A stretch of 64,000 bases of DNA, from positions 1,056,001 to 1,120,000 of the forward strand of contig OZ220741.1 of NCBI GenBank assembly GCA_965116885.1, read 5' to 3'. Positions 18,464-29,597 of the stretch are shown in pieces. A program made the translations under genes and the position numbers. Source of the stretch: Candidatus Latescibacterota bacterium. Its GTDB lineage: Bacteria; Latescibacterota; UBA2968. The notes below the pieces were generated by a model that made no database searches, was not told where the DNA came from, and saw only the letters and a program-made list of their open reading frames with translations. Positions within the stretch are counted from its first letter, which is position 1. Each line of letters opens with the position of its first letter.

Positions 18464-20866
18464 ATGCCTGACCGCCGTTCTTCTCAACCAAAACCCCCTT
18501 CTACACTCACCAACCTCCTATCCCGCCCCTGGGTACCCATTGTATTCTTCGCCCTGCTCACCGCCGGTTATTTTTATCACATCCTCTTCACGGGCGACGT
18601 GATCTACGGCAGCGACACCGGCGCAGAATTTCATAGGGGCAACGAACCCTTTGCAGAAGCCCTGAAAAAATTGCCGCCAAAAAACTGGAGCCGATTTATG
18701 GGCGGCACCCCGGAATCGTCCGCGCTGCGATCGCAATACTATCCCCTCATCGTCATCGACCTCTTCACCAGCGAACACCGCTATTTTGGCTGGCGTTATA
18801 TCTTCGCCATGTTCACAGCCGGCTACTTCATGTACCTCTGCACACGCAGCTTTGGCCTCCACCCCCTCGCCGCCCTCATCGCAGGTGCGGCCTACGCCTC
18901 TGCCCCTGCATTCCTCTCCTTCACCCATGCCGGACACTATGCAAAAATGACCGTCATCGGCCTCTTCCCCCTCATGTACTGGGCACTCAACCGCGGCATG
19001 GACACGCGGCGCATCATCTATTTTCTCATCCTCGGCGGCACCGTCGGCATCGCCATCTACAGCCCGCACCTCCAGATGGCCTACTTTGCCCTCTGGGCAC
19101 TGGGTCTACTCTTTCTCTACAAACTCATAAAGGACCTGTTCCGTACCCAAAATAAAAAAACCGCCCTCTATCAAACCCTCCTATCGGCAGGCGCGATCTG
19201 CCTGGGCCTCGCCATAGGTGCAGAAGGCGTCATTCCCCAATACTGGAACACAAAAACATCGTCAAAACGCGCCGCCACCGAACAAACATCCGACGATGGC
19301 TACGAATTTGCCTCGTCCTGGTCGCTTCACCCCGAAGAAATATTCGCCCTCGCCATACCCGAATTTGTCGGCTTTGACACAAACACAACACCCCACAAAT
19401 ACTGGGGACGCAACGCCTTCAAAATCAACTCGGAATACGTCGGCATCGTCCCCCTCTTCTTCGCCATCTTCGCCCTCTCGCGCATACGAAAAAAGAACCA
19501 CATCGCATTCCTCCTCGGCCTCTTCATACTCGCCGTCGCCTATGCACTCGGACCCCACACCCCCCTGCACAAACTCCTGTACCACCTCATCCCCGGCGTC
19601 AGCGTACTGCGCGCGCCCGGCATGATCGCCTTCCTCTTCTCTTTTGCGCTATGTGCCCTCGGCGCGTACGGACTCCACCGCCTCATAACCGACGACACCG
19701 CCCCCGAAACCGCAAAAAAACTCGGCATCGCAGGCGGAATATGCACCGCAATCCTCCTCCTCTTTGCCTTCGTCCCCTCTGCACTCCTATCCTTATGGCA
19801 AAACATCGTCTGGACGGACATATCCGCATGGCAAGAGATCATAGTAAAAACCAGAGATACATCCCTCACCCGTCAGCAAATCGCCCAGGCGAACCTCCCC
19901 CTCACAGGACAGGGCGCATTGCTCGCCGCAATCTTCGTCGGCACGCTCACCGCCGTCTCGTATCTCCGCGCACAAAACAAACTCCAAATCCACACCTTTG
20001 CCCTCGTACTCCTCGCCATCCTCCTCATCGACACCTGGCGCATCGACAAAATGTTTCTCAACTACGTCAACCCCAACCGCGTACCACCACAGGAGCGCGT
20101 CAACGCCGACGCCGTTGCATTCCTCAAACGCGACAACAGCCTCTTCCGCGTATTCGCCCTACCAGACCACAACCAGATGCCCCTGCCCGGCATAGACCTC
20201 GTAACCGGCTTTAACGACTTTGCCATCAGACGCTACGACCACATCCTCAAATCCGGAGCCATCAACAACCCCGCGATCCTCAACCTCCTCAACACCAGAT
20301 ACATCGTCGCACCTTCTGAACTGAACATCCCCTATCTGCAAAAAATTGCCGGGCGTCAGGGACTGCACATCTACCGCAACCCCGGCGCGCTACCGTGGTT
20401 TTATCTCGCCCCCCAATACGAAATCATCCCCGATGAAAACCAGATCCTCCAAAAACTGAGCGACCCCAACACCAACCCCATACAAACAGCACTACTCGAA
20501 GAAACTCCCGGCATCGCCTCCGACACCAACGCCAGCGAAACAGACAGCATTGAACGCCTCGAATACAAAGAACACCAGGGCTACCTCAAACTCAGCACAA
20601 CAGCCCCGGGCCCCCGCATCCTCGTCATCTCGCAAAACCACCACCCCAACTGGACTGCCACCGTCAACGGCGAACCCAAACCCCTCATACGCGCCAACTA
20701 CCTCTGGACCGCAGTCGCCCTTGAACCGGGCGAACACATCGTCGAACTCACCTACCGCGACCCCATCGTAGCCACCACGCGCTGGATCACACTCGGCGGT
20801 ATCGCCATCCTCCTCATCGCAATTCCCCTCTGCATATACAATGAAAAAACCGACAACACCAACTGA
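18464..20866 (+). CDS. YfhO-family GT-C membrane protein
   Basis: Polytopic N-terminal two-thirds, EYVGI, LRAP; C-terminal LNLLNTRYI, YRNPGALP, HPNWTATVNG...RANY...LEPGEHIVELTY. Confidence 0.85.
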   Translation: MPDRRSSQPKPPSTLTNLLSRPWVPIVFFALLTAGYFYHILFTGDVIYGSDTGAEFHRGNEPFAEALKKLPPKNWSRFMGGTPESSALRSQYYPLIVIDLFTSEHRYFGWRYIFAMFTAGYFMYLCTRSFGLHPLAALIAGAAYASAPAFLSFTHAGHYAKMTVIGLFPLMYWALNRGMDTRRIIYFLILGGTVGIAIYSPHLQMAYFALWALGLLFLYKLIKDLFRTQNKKTALYQTLLSAGAICLGLAIGAEGVIPQYWNTKTSSKRAATEQTSDDGYEFASSWSLHPEEIFALAIPEFVGFDTNTTPHKYWGRNAFKINSEYVGIVPLFFAIFALSRIRKKNHIAFLLGLFILAVAYALGPHTPLHKLLYHLIPGVSVLRAPGMIAFLFSFALCALGAYGLHRLITDDTAPETAKKLGIAGGICTAILLLFAFVPSALLSLWQNIVWTDISAWQEIIVKTRDTSLTRQQIAQANLPLTGQGALLAAIFVGTLTAVSYLRAQNKLQIHTFALVLLAILLIDTWRIDKMFLNYVNPNRVPPQERVNADAVAFLKRDNSLFRVFALPDHNQMPLPGIDLVTGFNDFAIRRYDHILKSGAINNPAILNLLNTRYIVAPSELNIPYLQKIAGRQGLHIYRNPGALPWFYLAPQYEIIPDENQILQKLSDPNTNPIQTALLEETPGIASDTNASETDSIERLEYKEHQGYLKLSTTAPGPRILVISQNHHPNWTATVNGEPKPLIRANYLWTAVALEPGEHIVELTYRDPIVATTRWITLGGIAILLIAIPLCIYNEKTDNTN

Positions 20867-22373
20867 AGCATCCGCCATCCAGCGCATAGCGCACGGCGCG
20901 ATCCAAACCTTCGGCAGCACCTACCCCGCGCGAATCATCAACTTCGCGGTCCTCCTCCTGCTCTACCAGATCCTCGTACCCGAAGACTTTGGTGCCATCG
21001 CAACAGCCTATTCCATCCTCGCCCTTGTCATCGCCATCCGCGACCTCGGATTGCACTACGCCCTCTTGCACGAACACGACAACGTCCACGACCTCGCACC
21101 CACGCACTTTGTACTCAGCGTCAGTCTGGGCAGCATCAGCACACTCCTCGCCCTTGTCATCGCCCTCTATTCCGAACACCTCTTTGAACTCACCCGCACA
21201 TTCAACACGTACATCACAGACACCGATACAGAACAAACCTATCCCAAAGTCGCCATAGCCCTATGCATACTGGGCACTTTCGACCTCTTCCGAACAGCCG
21301 CCCTCACCGCCGAAACCCAGCTTCAACGCGACCTCGAATTTGGACGCCTCGCCTTTGCACATGCGGGAGGAACCATCCTCGCAGCCCTCGTCGGCCTCGC
21401 CCTCGCCTACCTCGGATACGGCAAATGGGCACTCATCCTCGGATTCTTCCCATACAGCGTCACCTATATCCTCGTCTATTGCACCGTCGTCTGGCTTCGC
21501 CATCCCCCACCAATAGGCCAACTACACACCTTCAACGCGCAAGCCGCACGGCGCATGATCCGCTACGGCTTATGGTTCTGGATCGGCGGCATACCCAAAA
21601 TCTTCATTCAACACTACGACAAACTCATCATCAGCCTGTTCTTCACCTTGAGCCTGCGCGGGATATACGACGCCGCACACAGCTTTGCACAAATACCCAC
21701 CGGAGCAATCACCATGGTCATGGTACGCATCACCGCCACAGTGTACGCGCGCTACCAGAACAACCGCGACCAACTCTCCGCAGCATACCGCCGAACCTCG
21801 CGCCTCATCCTCCGCACCACAGTTCCCATCTCCCTCGTACTCGCCCTCGAAGCCAACCGATGGATACACATCTTCAAACCCGACTGGGCACCTGCAGCCC
21901 CCCTCCTCCAATGGCTCATCATCTACGCCCTCTGCCGTCCTATCCTCGACGATGTACACGCCCTATTCTACAGTACAGGCAGCCCCAAAAGCATTGCAAA
22001 ATTCTCTGCGGCTCAAGCCCTCATCCTCCTCATCCTCGCCCCCTATCTCGCCCATCACATGGGAGCCATAGGCATCGCCATAAGCATGAACGCCATCGCC
22101 ATCGTCGGCCTCATCCTCGCACTCATCCTCGTACGCGCATACGTCGATATCCCCATCGCCAAAACTTATGCCCCCCCACTCATCGCCGCAGCCATTGGCA
22201 CCGGCATGCACTTTGCCAGTACCGAATGGCTCGATACATTGCCAATCCCAATAGGCGTCCTCGCCGGCAGCGCGATCTTTATCACAGGTTATGGCTCCGG
22301 CCTGCTCCTCGTCGAACGCAAAACACTCATCGACGAAATCAAAACCGTCATCCGCGCTATTATAAAAAAATAG
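20841..22373 (+). CDS. wzx: Oligosaccharide flippase (Wzx family)
   Basis: LVPEDFG, DLGL, LQRDLEF, about 13-14 TM segments. Confidence 0.85.
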   Translation: MKKPTTPTEASAIQRIAHGAIQTFGSTYPARIINFAVLLLLYQILVPEDFGAIATAYSILALVIAIRDLGLHYALLHEHDNVHDLAPTHFVLSVSLGSISTLLALVIALYSEHLFELTRTFNTYITDTDTEQTYPKVAIALCILGTFDLFRTAALTAETQLQRDLEFGRLAFAHAGGTILAALVGLALAYLGYGKWALILGFFPYSVTYILVYCTVVWLRHPPPIGQLHTFNAQAARRMIRYGLWFWIGGIPKIFIQHYDKLIISLFFTLSLRGIYDAAHSFAQIPTGAITMVMVRITATVYARYQNNRDQLSAAYRRTSRLILRTTVPISLVLALEANRWIHIFKPDWAPAAPLLQWLIIYALCRPILDDVHALFYSTGSPKSIAKFSAAQALILLILAPYLAHHMGAIGIAISMNAIAIVGLILALILVRAYVDIPIAKTYAPPLIAAAIGTGMHFASTEWLDTLPIPIGVLAGSAIFITGYGSGLLLVERKTLIDEIKTVIRAIIKK

Positions 22374-22400
22374 GAGCGAGCACACAGGCTCGCCCCTGAC
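22374..22400. repeat. Degenerate REP-like hairpin
   Basis: gcgagc-acacag-gctcgc followed by ccctgac; same architecture as the 4134 and 51788 copies. Confidence 0.5.
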
Positions 22401-22422
22401 ATTTACCTGACAAAATTTTAGG

Positions 22423-22770
22423 TCACACAGCAGCCTCTGAAGATCTTTCGCGCTCCAAAAGCTGTAAACACAACGCACGTATCTGTTCCAACTCGTGCAA
22501 AAATTCGCGCTGGGCTTCTTCGGCGGGCAAACTCTCAAATAAATCTGGCAACTGCACCCCGTGGCTCATAACCATATTGGCTTCTCGGCTTTGGAAATGC
22601 TTGCGAACATAGAGACAGTTATCCGCGTGATAAAAGCGTCCAATCGCCTCAGAAGGACTCAAAGCACCACTGTGCAATGACTGCACAAGCCCCAGATTCA
22701 AAAATGCGAACAACGCCAACCCAGACTCCCCATTAGAATCTGAAAGAAGAATGCGATGATGTGTTTTCAT
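22423..22770 (-). CDS. Small helical protein, DUF3969-like
   Basis: Pattern LNLGLVQSLxxGALSxxEA...G[VC][QE]LxD...LP recalled from DUF3969; own putative promoter TTGATA-17-TATTTT near 22862-22890. Confidence 0.55.
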   Translation of the reverse strand: MKTHHRILLSDSNGESGLALFAFLNLGLVQSLHSGALSPSEAIGRFYHADNCLYVRKHFQSREANMVMSHGVQLPDLFESLPAEEAQREFLHELEQIRALCLQLLERERSSEAAV

Positions 22771-22976
22771 AAATTCACTGATTCAGATGCATAGACATTT
22801 GGATAGAGATAGAGTGGCATTCAAAAGACCTCACACGAGCAATATATCTCTTATTCTTATCAAAATACATCTATAACGCATATATATCAAGCCCCTCTCG
22901 GACGTTTTTTTGCATATTGACATTTATCTCTATCTCCCTTATTATTCTAAAAATAATAATTATTGGAAGAATAATA

Positions 22977-24383
22977 ATGAAATTCTACAATCGAGAAACA
23001 GAACTCGCACTCCTTCGAGAACTCACCGAAAGATCGGCGCAATATTCTCAATTCACCGCGATCTTTGGGCGCCGTCGCATAGGAAAAACAGAACTCGTGC
23101 GCCAGCATCTCCAGAACCGCGGCATCTATTTCTTTGTCGAAAAACGCCCCTCAAATGCGCTCCTCGCCGAATTTTCCGCCACCCTCAAATCGCACATTGC
23201 CCACGCGCCCGCATTCACAGATTGGAAAGACTTTTTCGTATTCCTCTTTGCCGAAACCCAACGCCACCCCCTGATCGTCGTCTTCGATGAATTTCAAAAC
23301 TTTCTCACCATCGAACCCGCCATCTATTCCATCCTCCAGAACGCGTGGGACACCTATCACAAACAATCCAGAATCCATCTCATCGCCATAGGTTCTGTCG
23401 TCGGCCTGATGAAAAAAGTCTTCCAGGACGCCAAAGAACCCCTCTACGGCCGCCTCACCCGGGAAATAGACCTCAGCCCTTTACCCATCGACGCCATCTA
23501 TCAAATCACCACAGACCTCGGCTTTCAATCGCCCACAGACATCCTGACCCTCTACGGCATCTTTGGCGGCATGCCCCGGTACTACGAAATCATAGAAAGC
23601 ATGGGCCTGGGCGGCAGCACCATCCCCCACATTCTCCATCGCGCACTGTTCACCCCCTTTGCCCCCTTTCGCAATGAAATGCGCGACATCATCCTCTCCG
23701 AATTTGGAAACACGGCCCACACCTATTTGGCAATTCTCGAAGCCATCGCCACGGGCAAAACCCGCCGATCTGAAATCGCAGGTCCCGCCGGACTACCAGC
23801 CACGAGCCTGTCCAAATACCTGCGCGAATTATCCGACCTATTCGACCTCATCGAACGCGAAGTACCCATCACTGAGCAATCGTGGAAAACAAAAAAAAGC
23901 CGCTATAAAATCCGCGACCCCTTTATCACATTCTGGATGCGATTCATCTACCGGCAATTGAGCATCTACGAATCGGGCAACTTCCCCTATTTTCTCAATC
24001 GCCTCGATACCTCCGTCTCGGAATTCATGGGCTTCGCCTTTGAAAACATCACGCGAGAACTCTTAATCCAACGCAACCACCACAACGCTGCGCCCTTCTA
24101 CTTTCACAGAATCGGACGCTGGTGGGACAGACAAAGCGAAATAGACCTCGTCGCCCTCAACCCCGAAACCCGGCAAACCCTCTTTGTAGAATGCAAATGG
24201 ACATCCTCCCCCGTTGGCACAGACGTCCTGCAAACCCTCAAACACCGCGCCCAAAACCTCCCAACCTCAGACGCTTTCTACCTCATCGCCTCAAAATCCG
24301 GATTCACCGACACCCTCAAAAACCTCCGAGGCTCACACCTTCACCTCTGGGACTCGAACGACATCGCGACATTTTTGATTTAG
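22977..24383 (+). CDS. Archaeal-type AAA ATPase + winged helix + DUF234/PD-(D/E)xK-like C-terminus
   Basis: MKFYNRETEL, GRRRIGKT, VFDEFQ, PLYGR, GGMPRY, DPFITFW, GRWW...EIDLV...ECKW; promoter TTGACA-17-TATTAT at 22917-22945. Confidence 0.88.
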   Translation: MKFYNRETELALLRELTERSAQYSQFTAIFGRRRIGKTELVRQHLQNRGIYFFVEKRPSNALLAEFSATLKSHIAHAPAFTDWKDFFVFLFAETQRHPLIVVFDEFQNFLTIEPAIYSILQNAWDTYHKQSRIHLIAIGSVVGLMKKVFQDAKEPLYGRLTREIDLSPLPIDAIYQITTDLGFQSPTDILTLYGIFGGMPRYYEIIESMGLGGSTIPHILHRALFTPFAPFRNEMRDIILSEFGNTAHTYLAILEAIATGKTRRSEIAGPAGLPATSLSKYLRELSDLFDLIEREVPITEQSWKTKKSRYKIRDPFITFWMRFIYRQLSIYESGNFPYFLNRLDTSVSEFMGFAFENITRELLIQRNHHNAAPFYFHRIGRWWDRQSEIDLVALNPETRQTLFVECKWTSSPVGTDVLQTLKHRAQNLPTSDAFYLIASKSGFTDTLKNLRGSHLHLWDSNDIATFLI

Positions 24384-24456
24384 AAATTGACCTTTCCCCC
24401 TCAAAACCCTATGTTTTTTCCTCTCAATCTTATAATCACGGACTAAAAACGCATCC

Positions 24457-25509
24457 ATGAAAACCCTCCTCGTCACTGGTTCATCGGGCCTCATCGGCTC
24501 AGAAGTCTGCATCTATTTTGCCGAACAGGGCTATATTGTCCACGGCATTGACAACAATCAACGCGCCGTCTTTTTTGGTCCCCAGGGAGACACGCGCTGG
24601 AATCAAAAGCGCTTAAACAACGTCCTAAAACACTTCCACCACCACGAAATAGACATCCGCGACCGTATGGGCATCTGCGAACTCCTGTCCCAAATAAAAC
24701 CCAACGCCATCATACACGCAGCCGCCCAACCCTCACACGACCTCGCCGCACGCATCCCCTTCGACGACTTTGACACCAACGCCGTCGGCACGCTCAACCT
24801 CCTCGAAGCCGCGCGTCAAACCTGTCCCGAATCTCCCTTCATCCACATGTCCACCAACAAAGTCTATGGCGATGCCCCCAACCACATTCCCTTAAAAGAA
24901 CTGGACACCCGCTATGATTACGACGACCCCGCGTACAAACACGGCATCCCCGAAACATTTACCATTGACCAGTCCAAACACTCGCTCTTCGGCGCATCCA
25001 AAGTCGCCGCCGACATCATGGTACAGGAATACGGGCGTTACTTTTCCATGCCCACCTGTTGCCTGCGCGGCGGATGCCTCACCGGACCCAATCACAGCGG
25101 CGTTGAACTCCACGGCTTCTTGAGCTACCTGATCAAATGCAACATGGAAAACCACACATACACCATCTACGGCTACAAAGGCAAACAGGTACGCGACAAT
25201 ATCCACGCCCTCGACGTCGCCCGTTTCATGTGGGCCTTTGTCCAATCCCCCCGATGCGGCGAAGTCTATAACCTCGGCGGCGGCAAAAACAACAGTTGTT
25301 CCATCCTCGAAGCATTCGATCTCGCTGCCCAATACTCCAACAAAAAAATGCAATACACCTATACCGACCAGAACCGCGAAGGCGACCATATATGCTATTA
25401 CAGCGACCTTCGCAAAATGAAATCGCACTACCCCGACTGGGACATCACAAAAACCCTCGAAGACACCTTTGCCGAAATTGTCTCAAGCTGGCAAAAACGA
25501 CTCATATAA
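24457..25509 (+). CDS. NAD-dependent nucleotide-sugar epimerase, CDP-paratose-2-epimerase-like
   Basis: [36 protein letters not shown]. Confidence 0.85.
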   Translation: MKTLLVTGSSGLIGSEVCIYFAEQGYIVHGIDNNQRAVFFGPQGDTRWNQKRLNNVLKHFHHHEIDIRDRMGICELLSQIKPNAIIHAAAQPSHDLAARIPFDDFDTNAVGTLNLLEAARQTCPESPFIHMSTNKVYGDAPNHIPLKELDTRYDYDDPAYKHGIPETFTIDQSKHSLFGASKVAADIMVQEYGRYFSMPTCCLRGGCLTGPNHSGVELHGFLSYLIKCNMENHTYTIYGYKGKQVRDNIHALDVARFMWAFVQSPRCGEVYNLGGGKNNSCSILEAFDLAAQYSNKKMQYTYTDQNREGDHICYYSDLRKMKSHYPDWDITKTLEDTFAEIVSSWQKRLI

Positions 25510-25524
25510 TCGGAGAACCGTATC

Positions 25525-26481
25525 ATGAAAATCCAGGTCTATGCCTGCCACGAAGGCGTACAGGAAAGTCTATTGCGCGAATGGGTCGCACGCGGCCATG
25601 AAGTCTATCTCACCGAAGGCGTTGGAAAATGGGATGAAACACGGGCACCAGTAGCCCTGGGCGTCAAACGCGAATGGCCAAAAAATCCCGATGTCTTATG
25701 GGTCGGCTCAACGCAGGACGTGGGACAGGCCTTTGTGTACAAATGGAAAAAATTCCGTCCCAGTATTCCCATCGTACTCACGCACTGGTGGATACCATCA
25801 ATCAGGCGATTTGCGGGAACCGTGTACAAATTCGCCCATCAAGTCAGCGTGTGCGAATGGGGCCGCGAATATCTCCTGAAACGCTGGAACATAGACTCCG
25901 CAGTCATGTACTGCCCCGTAGATCCAGACATCTTCACCTTAAGAGAAGAAGCCCCCGACCCCAAACGCGTCTTATGCGTGGGCAATCACTTCGCATCGCG
26001 CGACATCATGGGCTGGGAATATTTGGAACCCATCATGCACAAAGTCTATGAACAAGACCCCGAAGTACACTTCGAATTCCTGGGCGTCAATCCCGAAATC
26101 GACCCCAACAACTATCCCAATGTCTCCACACGCGCCCTCCCCCAAAACGAAATGCCCGACTACCAGGCCAGAGCGCGGTGCGTTGTCATCACCACCACCT
26201 TCAACCTCATCCCGCACTCGCTATTGGGCGCAATGGCACTGGGCCGCAACATCGTCGCATTTGATCTCCCGTCCCTACACGAAGTCATCGAACACGAAAA
26301 AAGCGGGTACCTGATCCCCCGTTACGATACCGACGCCTTTGCCAAACAAATCCTCCAACTCACCAGCACACCCGTCAATCCAGAAATAGGCCGCAAAGCA
26401 CGCGAAAACGTACTGGCCAAATGCGACTACCGGCTCGTGGCATCGCAGTATGAAGCATTTTTTGAAAAAATCACAACATAA
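25525..26481 (+). CDS. Glycosyltransferase family 4-like (divergent)
   Basis: C-terminal AMALGRNIVAFDLPSLHEVIEHEKSGYL; usual E-x7-E not conserved. Confidence 0.7.
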   Translation: MKIQVYACHEGVQESLLREWVARGHEVYLTEGVGKWDETRAPVALGVKREWPKNPDVLWVGSTQDVGQAFVYKWKKFRPSIPIVLTHWWIPSIRRFAGTVYKFAHQVSVCEWGREYLLKRWNIDSAVMYCPVDPDIFTLREEAPDPKRVLCVGNHFASRDIMGWEYLEPIMHKVYEQDPEVHFEFLGVNPEIDPNNYPNVSTRALPQNEMPDYQARARCVVITTTFNLIPHSLLGAMALGRNIVAFDLPSLHEVIEHEKSGYLIPRYDTDAFAKQILQLTSTPVNPEIGRKARENVLAKCDYRLVASQYEAFFEKITT

Positions 26482-26498
26482 ACTGTGACTACAAAGAA

Positions 26499-28643
26499 AT
26501 GCAAGACATCAACAAAACACTTTTTTACGCCCTGATCGCGCTCTACGGCATCCTCATCCTGAGCACATTCCACCAGTATGGCATCACCATTGATGAACCC
26601 CCTCAAGTAGCCTATGGACAGGCCGTATTTGACTGGTATTTTGGCCAGGATACAGCCGACGACTTTGCTCGAAAAATCAAACAAATTGATCTGGAATTAT
26701 ACGGCGTCTTATTCAACCTGATCGCTTACTGTGCGTCTGAAATCCTTCCCTTTAACCTCTATGACACTCACCATCTTATCAACGCAATCGCAGGACTGCT
26801 CGGCGTTGTGGCCGTTTACAAAATCGGCTCAACACTGGGCACATCATCCACGGGCTTGCTCGCAGCGGTCCTTCTCTTGCTCATCTCCCGTTATTACGGA
26901 CACACCTTTAACAACCCAAAAGATATCCCCTTTGCCATCTGTTACGCCTGGAGTCTCTATCACTTAATCCGGGGTCTATCCGAGATCCCCCATCTCTCAT
27001 GGAAAAGAATCCTCTTCACAGGACTGAGCATTGGATTGACCCTGGGCACGCGCATTGGCGGATTAATCCTTTTTGGCTATCTCGGTTTATTCTGGACCCT
27101 AACTTATTTCTTAGACGCGATGAGAACACCCCAAAAAAAAATCGCGCACCTCAAAACATACGCGATTCAAATGGCTTCAATCATTGCCATTGCCTGGATT
27201 GCCATGCTCGCATTCTGGCCCCGAGCACAGCAGGAGCCGTTTACCTATCCATTTTACGCACTGCGCTATTTTTCACATTTTACGCATCACGCGACCACAT
27301 TTTTCGACGGGCAGATAATACAAAGTGTTGATGTGCCGCGAACCTACGCGTTGCAATGGTTCGCCATGGTCCTGCCCGAACTCCACATCCTGTGTCTCGT
27401 CGCGGGTCTATTCTATCTCGCCTGTAATTTCAAAAAACTCACCCTATCGCGTTCCCACCTGCAATGGATACTCGTCGCCTTCGCCGCTGCTTTCCCACTC
27501 ATTTACGTTATCTCAATTCACGCGCCCCTTTACGATGGTTTTCGACACCTCCTATTCATTTTTCCACCGCTCGCCGTCATCTGTGCAGGTGGTTTAGAAC
27601 GCGCAATTCGATACCTCACCAATCGCCTCCGCGTCTTCCTGATTATACCTGTCCTCCTCGCTGGATTCCATATTTACGACATGATTCTTCTACACCCCAA
27701 TGAATATGTGTACTTCAATCGCATTTATGCCGGCGGTCTTTTCAAAGCATCTCAAAAATACCAAACCGACTATTGGGAAAATACCTACAAACAGGGCATT
27801 GCCTGGCTCGATATGCATTATGCCACACTCTCGGGAGGCCGCAAACTCCGCATTGGTGCGGGAAGCCAAAATGCACAATACTTGCTCAATAAAGAGCGAT
27901 ATGTATTCGAACCGGTGCCAGAACACATCGATCTGTATTTGAGTACAACCCGCGATGATCGCCACAAGTTGATCCCCGGAGAAATCCTTCACACAGTCCA
28001 GAGAGACCGGGTACCTCTTTTTTATGTTATTCGCCCCGATAGTAGTTATAATACAGATCCATTCTTCACCAACCAGGCCATCCGGTATAAAACATTAGCG
28101 TGGAAACACATCAGAAATAAAAATTATTCAGCGGCCCGCGACGCTTACAAAAAAGCCCTCCATCACGACCCTGACGATCCGCTTGCACACACCAACATAG
28201 GCATGGCTTACTACAACTTAAAAGAATACAAAAAAGCACGAGAACACCTTGAACGAGCAATCGCGCTTGCGCCTGAATACACCACAGCGTACAAGCACCT
28301 GGGAAATGTATATGACGCCCTCAAACAATATCCCAAAGCACTATCCACATATCGCAAAATCCTGGCCCGGGAGCCAGGCCTTGTAGGTATCCAGTACAAC
28401 ATAGGCGTTGTCTCACTCAAACAATTGCAATTTGAATCTGCTATTGAGGCATTTGAAAAGGTCCTCAAATCCAATCCCGAGTATCACAATGCCCATCTGG
28501 GACTTGCAATGTCATACGAAAAGAGCAATCAGATTTTAAAAGCGATTGACGCCTATCGCAATGTGCTAAAATACAAAGGACCCGATCCCAGGATCAGAGC
28601 CAAAATACAAGCACTTCAAGATTCTTCTACATCTTCAATGTAA
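26499..28643 (+). CDS. GT-C (PMT/ArnT-like) glycosyltransferase with C-terminal TPRs
   Basis: GITIDEP, YGHTFNNPKDIPF, LYDGFRHLLF, TDYW; about 5 TPRs from aa ~525. Confidence 0.82.
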   Translation: MQDINKTLFYALIALYGILILSTFHQYGITIDEPPQVAYGQAVFDWYFGQDTADDFARKIKQIDLELYGVLFNLIAYCASEILPFNLYDTHHLINAIAGLLGVVAVYKIGSTLGTSSTGLLAAVLLLLISRYYGHTFNNPKDIPFAICYAWSLYHLIRGLSEIPHLSWKRILFTGLSIGLTLGTRIGGLILFGYLGLFWTLTYFLDAMRTPQKKIAHLKTYAIQMASIIAIAWIAMLAFWPRAQQEPFTYPFYALRYFSHFTHHATTFFDGQIIQSVDVPRTYALQWFAMVLPELHILCLVAGLFYLACNFKKLTLSRSHLQWILVAFAAAFPLIYVISIHAPLYDGFRHLLFIFPPLAVICAGGLERAIRYLTNRLRVFLIIPVLLAGFHIYDMILLHPNEYVYFNRIYAGGLFKASQKYQTDYWENTYKQGIAWLDMHYATLSGGRKLRIGAGSQNAQYLLNKERYVFEPVPEHIDLYLSTTRDDRHKLIPGEILHTVQRDRVPLFYVIRPDSSYNTDPFFTNQAIRYKTLAWKHIRNKNYSAARDAYKKALHHDPDDPLAHTNIGMAYYNLKEYKKAREHLERAIALAPEYTTAYKHLGNVYDALKQYPKALSTYRKILAREPGLVGIQYNIGVVSLKQLQFESAIEAFEKVLKSNPEYHNAHLGLAMSYEKSNQILKAIDAYRNVLKYKGPDPRIRAKIQALQDSSTSSM

Positions 28644-28653
28644 ACGCAATATC

Positions 28654-29592
28654 ATGATTTCAATTATCGTTCCCCTATACAACGAAGCACCGAATCTCGG
28701 ACCTCTAACCGATCGCCTGCACAGAGCGTCATCACAATGGCAAATGCCCTATGAAGTCATCTTTGTCGATGACGGCAGCACGGACAACAGCCGATCCATC
28801 CTCGAAGAAATTCACCAGAAGCACCCCAACCATCACTACCTCGGTCTCTCTCGAAATTTCGGACATCAACCAGCCTTGTGTGCCGGGCTCAGCCGTGCCA
28901 GAGGTAAAGCCATAGTCCTCATTGACGCGGATCTTCAAGACCCACCCGAATGTATTGCGCTTTTACTCGACAAATGGCGTGAAGGATACCAGGTCGTTTA
29001 CGGCATTCGCCAACATCGCAAAGAAAACTTCCTCAAACGCGCTTCCTACTGGATTTTTTATCGCCTTTTAAACAAACTCGCAAATATTTCCACACCCTTA
29101 GATGCCGGCGACTTTTGTGTCTTAGATCGCCAGGTGGTCGATCATCTCAATGCCCTGCCCGAACGCAACCGCTTCATGCGCGGCCTGCGCGCGTGGGTGG
29201 GCTTCTCGCAAATAGGCGTAACTTATGAACGCCAGGCGCGTTTTTCAGGAAAAAGAAAATACACCCTTCGCCACTTGCTCAAGCTGGCAATAGACGGCCT
29301 CACCAATTTCTCGATTCGCCCGCTTCAATGGGTCGGCATAATTGGCGTGCTCGTCTCCATCTTTTCTTTTTCAGGCCTTCTGTTTTACGGTATTCTAAGA
29401 ATTTTCGATCTGTCATTTTGGGGACACAGCCCTGGGGATGTTCCGGGCTTCACAACCCTGATCTTCGTAATCCTCTTCGCCAGCGGCATCCAGATGCTCG
29501 CGCTTGGCATCCTGGGTCTATACATGGGACGTATCTTCGAAGAAATCAAACAGCGCCCCCTTTACATCATCGAAAAAACATCCGACGAGTAG
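28654..29592 (+). CDS. GT2 polyprenol-phosphate glycosyltransferase (GtrB/YkcC-like)
   Basis: PLYNE, VDDGSTD, SRNFGHQ, DADLQDPP, GDF, ERNRFMRGL, two C-terminal TMs, RPLY. Confidence 0.92.
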   Translation: MISIIVPLYNEAPNLGPLTDRLHRASSQWQMPYEVIFVDDGSTDNSRSILEEIHQKHPNHHYLGLSRNFGHQPALCAGLSRARGKAIVLIDADLQDPPECIALLLDKWREGYQVVYGIRQHRKENFLKRASYWIFYRLLNKLANISTPLDAGDFCVLDRQVVDHLNALPERNRFMRGLRAWVGFSQIGVTYERQARFSGKRKYTLRHLLKLAIDGLTNFSIRPLQWVGIIGVLVSIFSFSGLLFYGILRIFDLSFWGHSPGDVPGFTTLIFVILFASGIQMLALGILGLYMGRIFEEIKQRPLYIIEKTSDE

Positions 29593-29597
29593 TTTTT

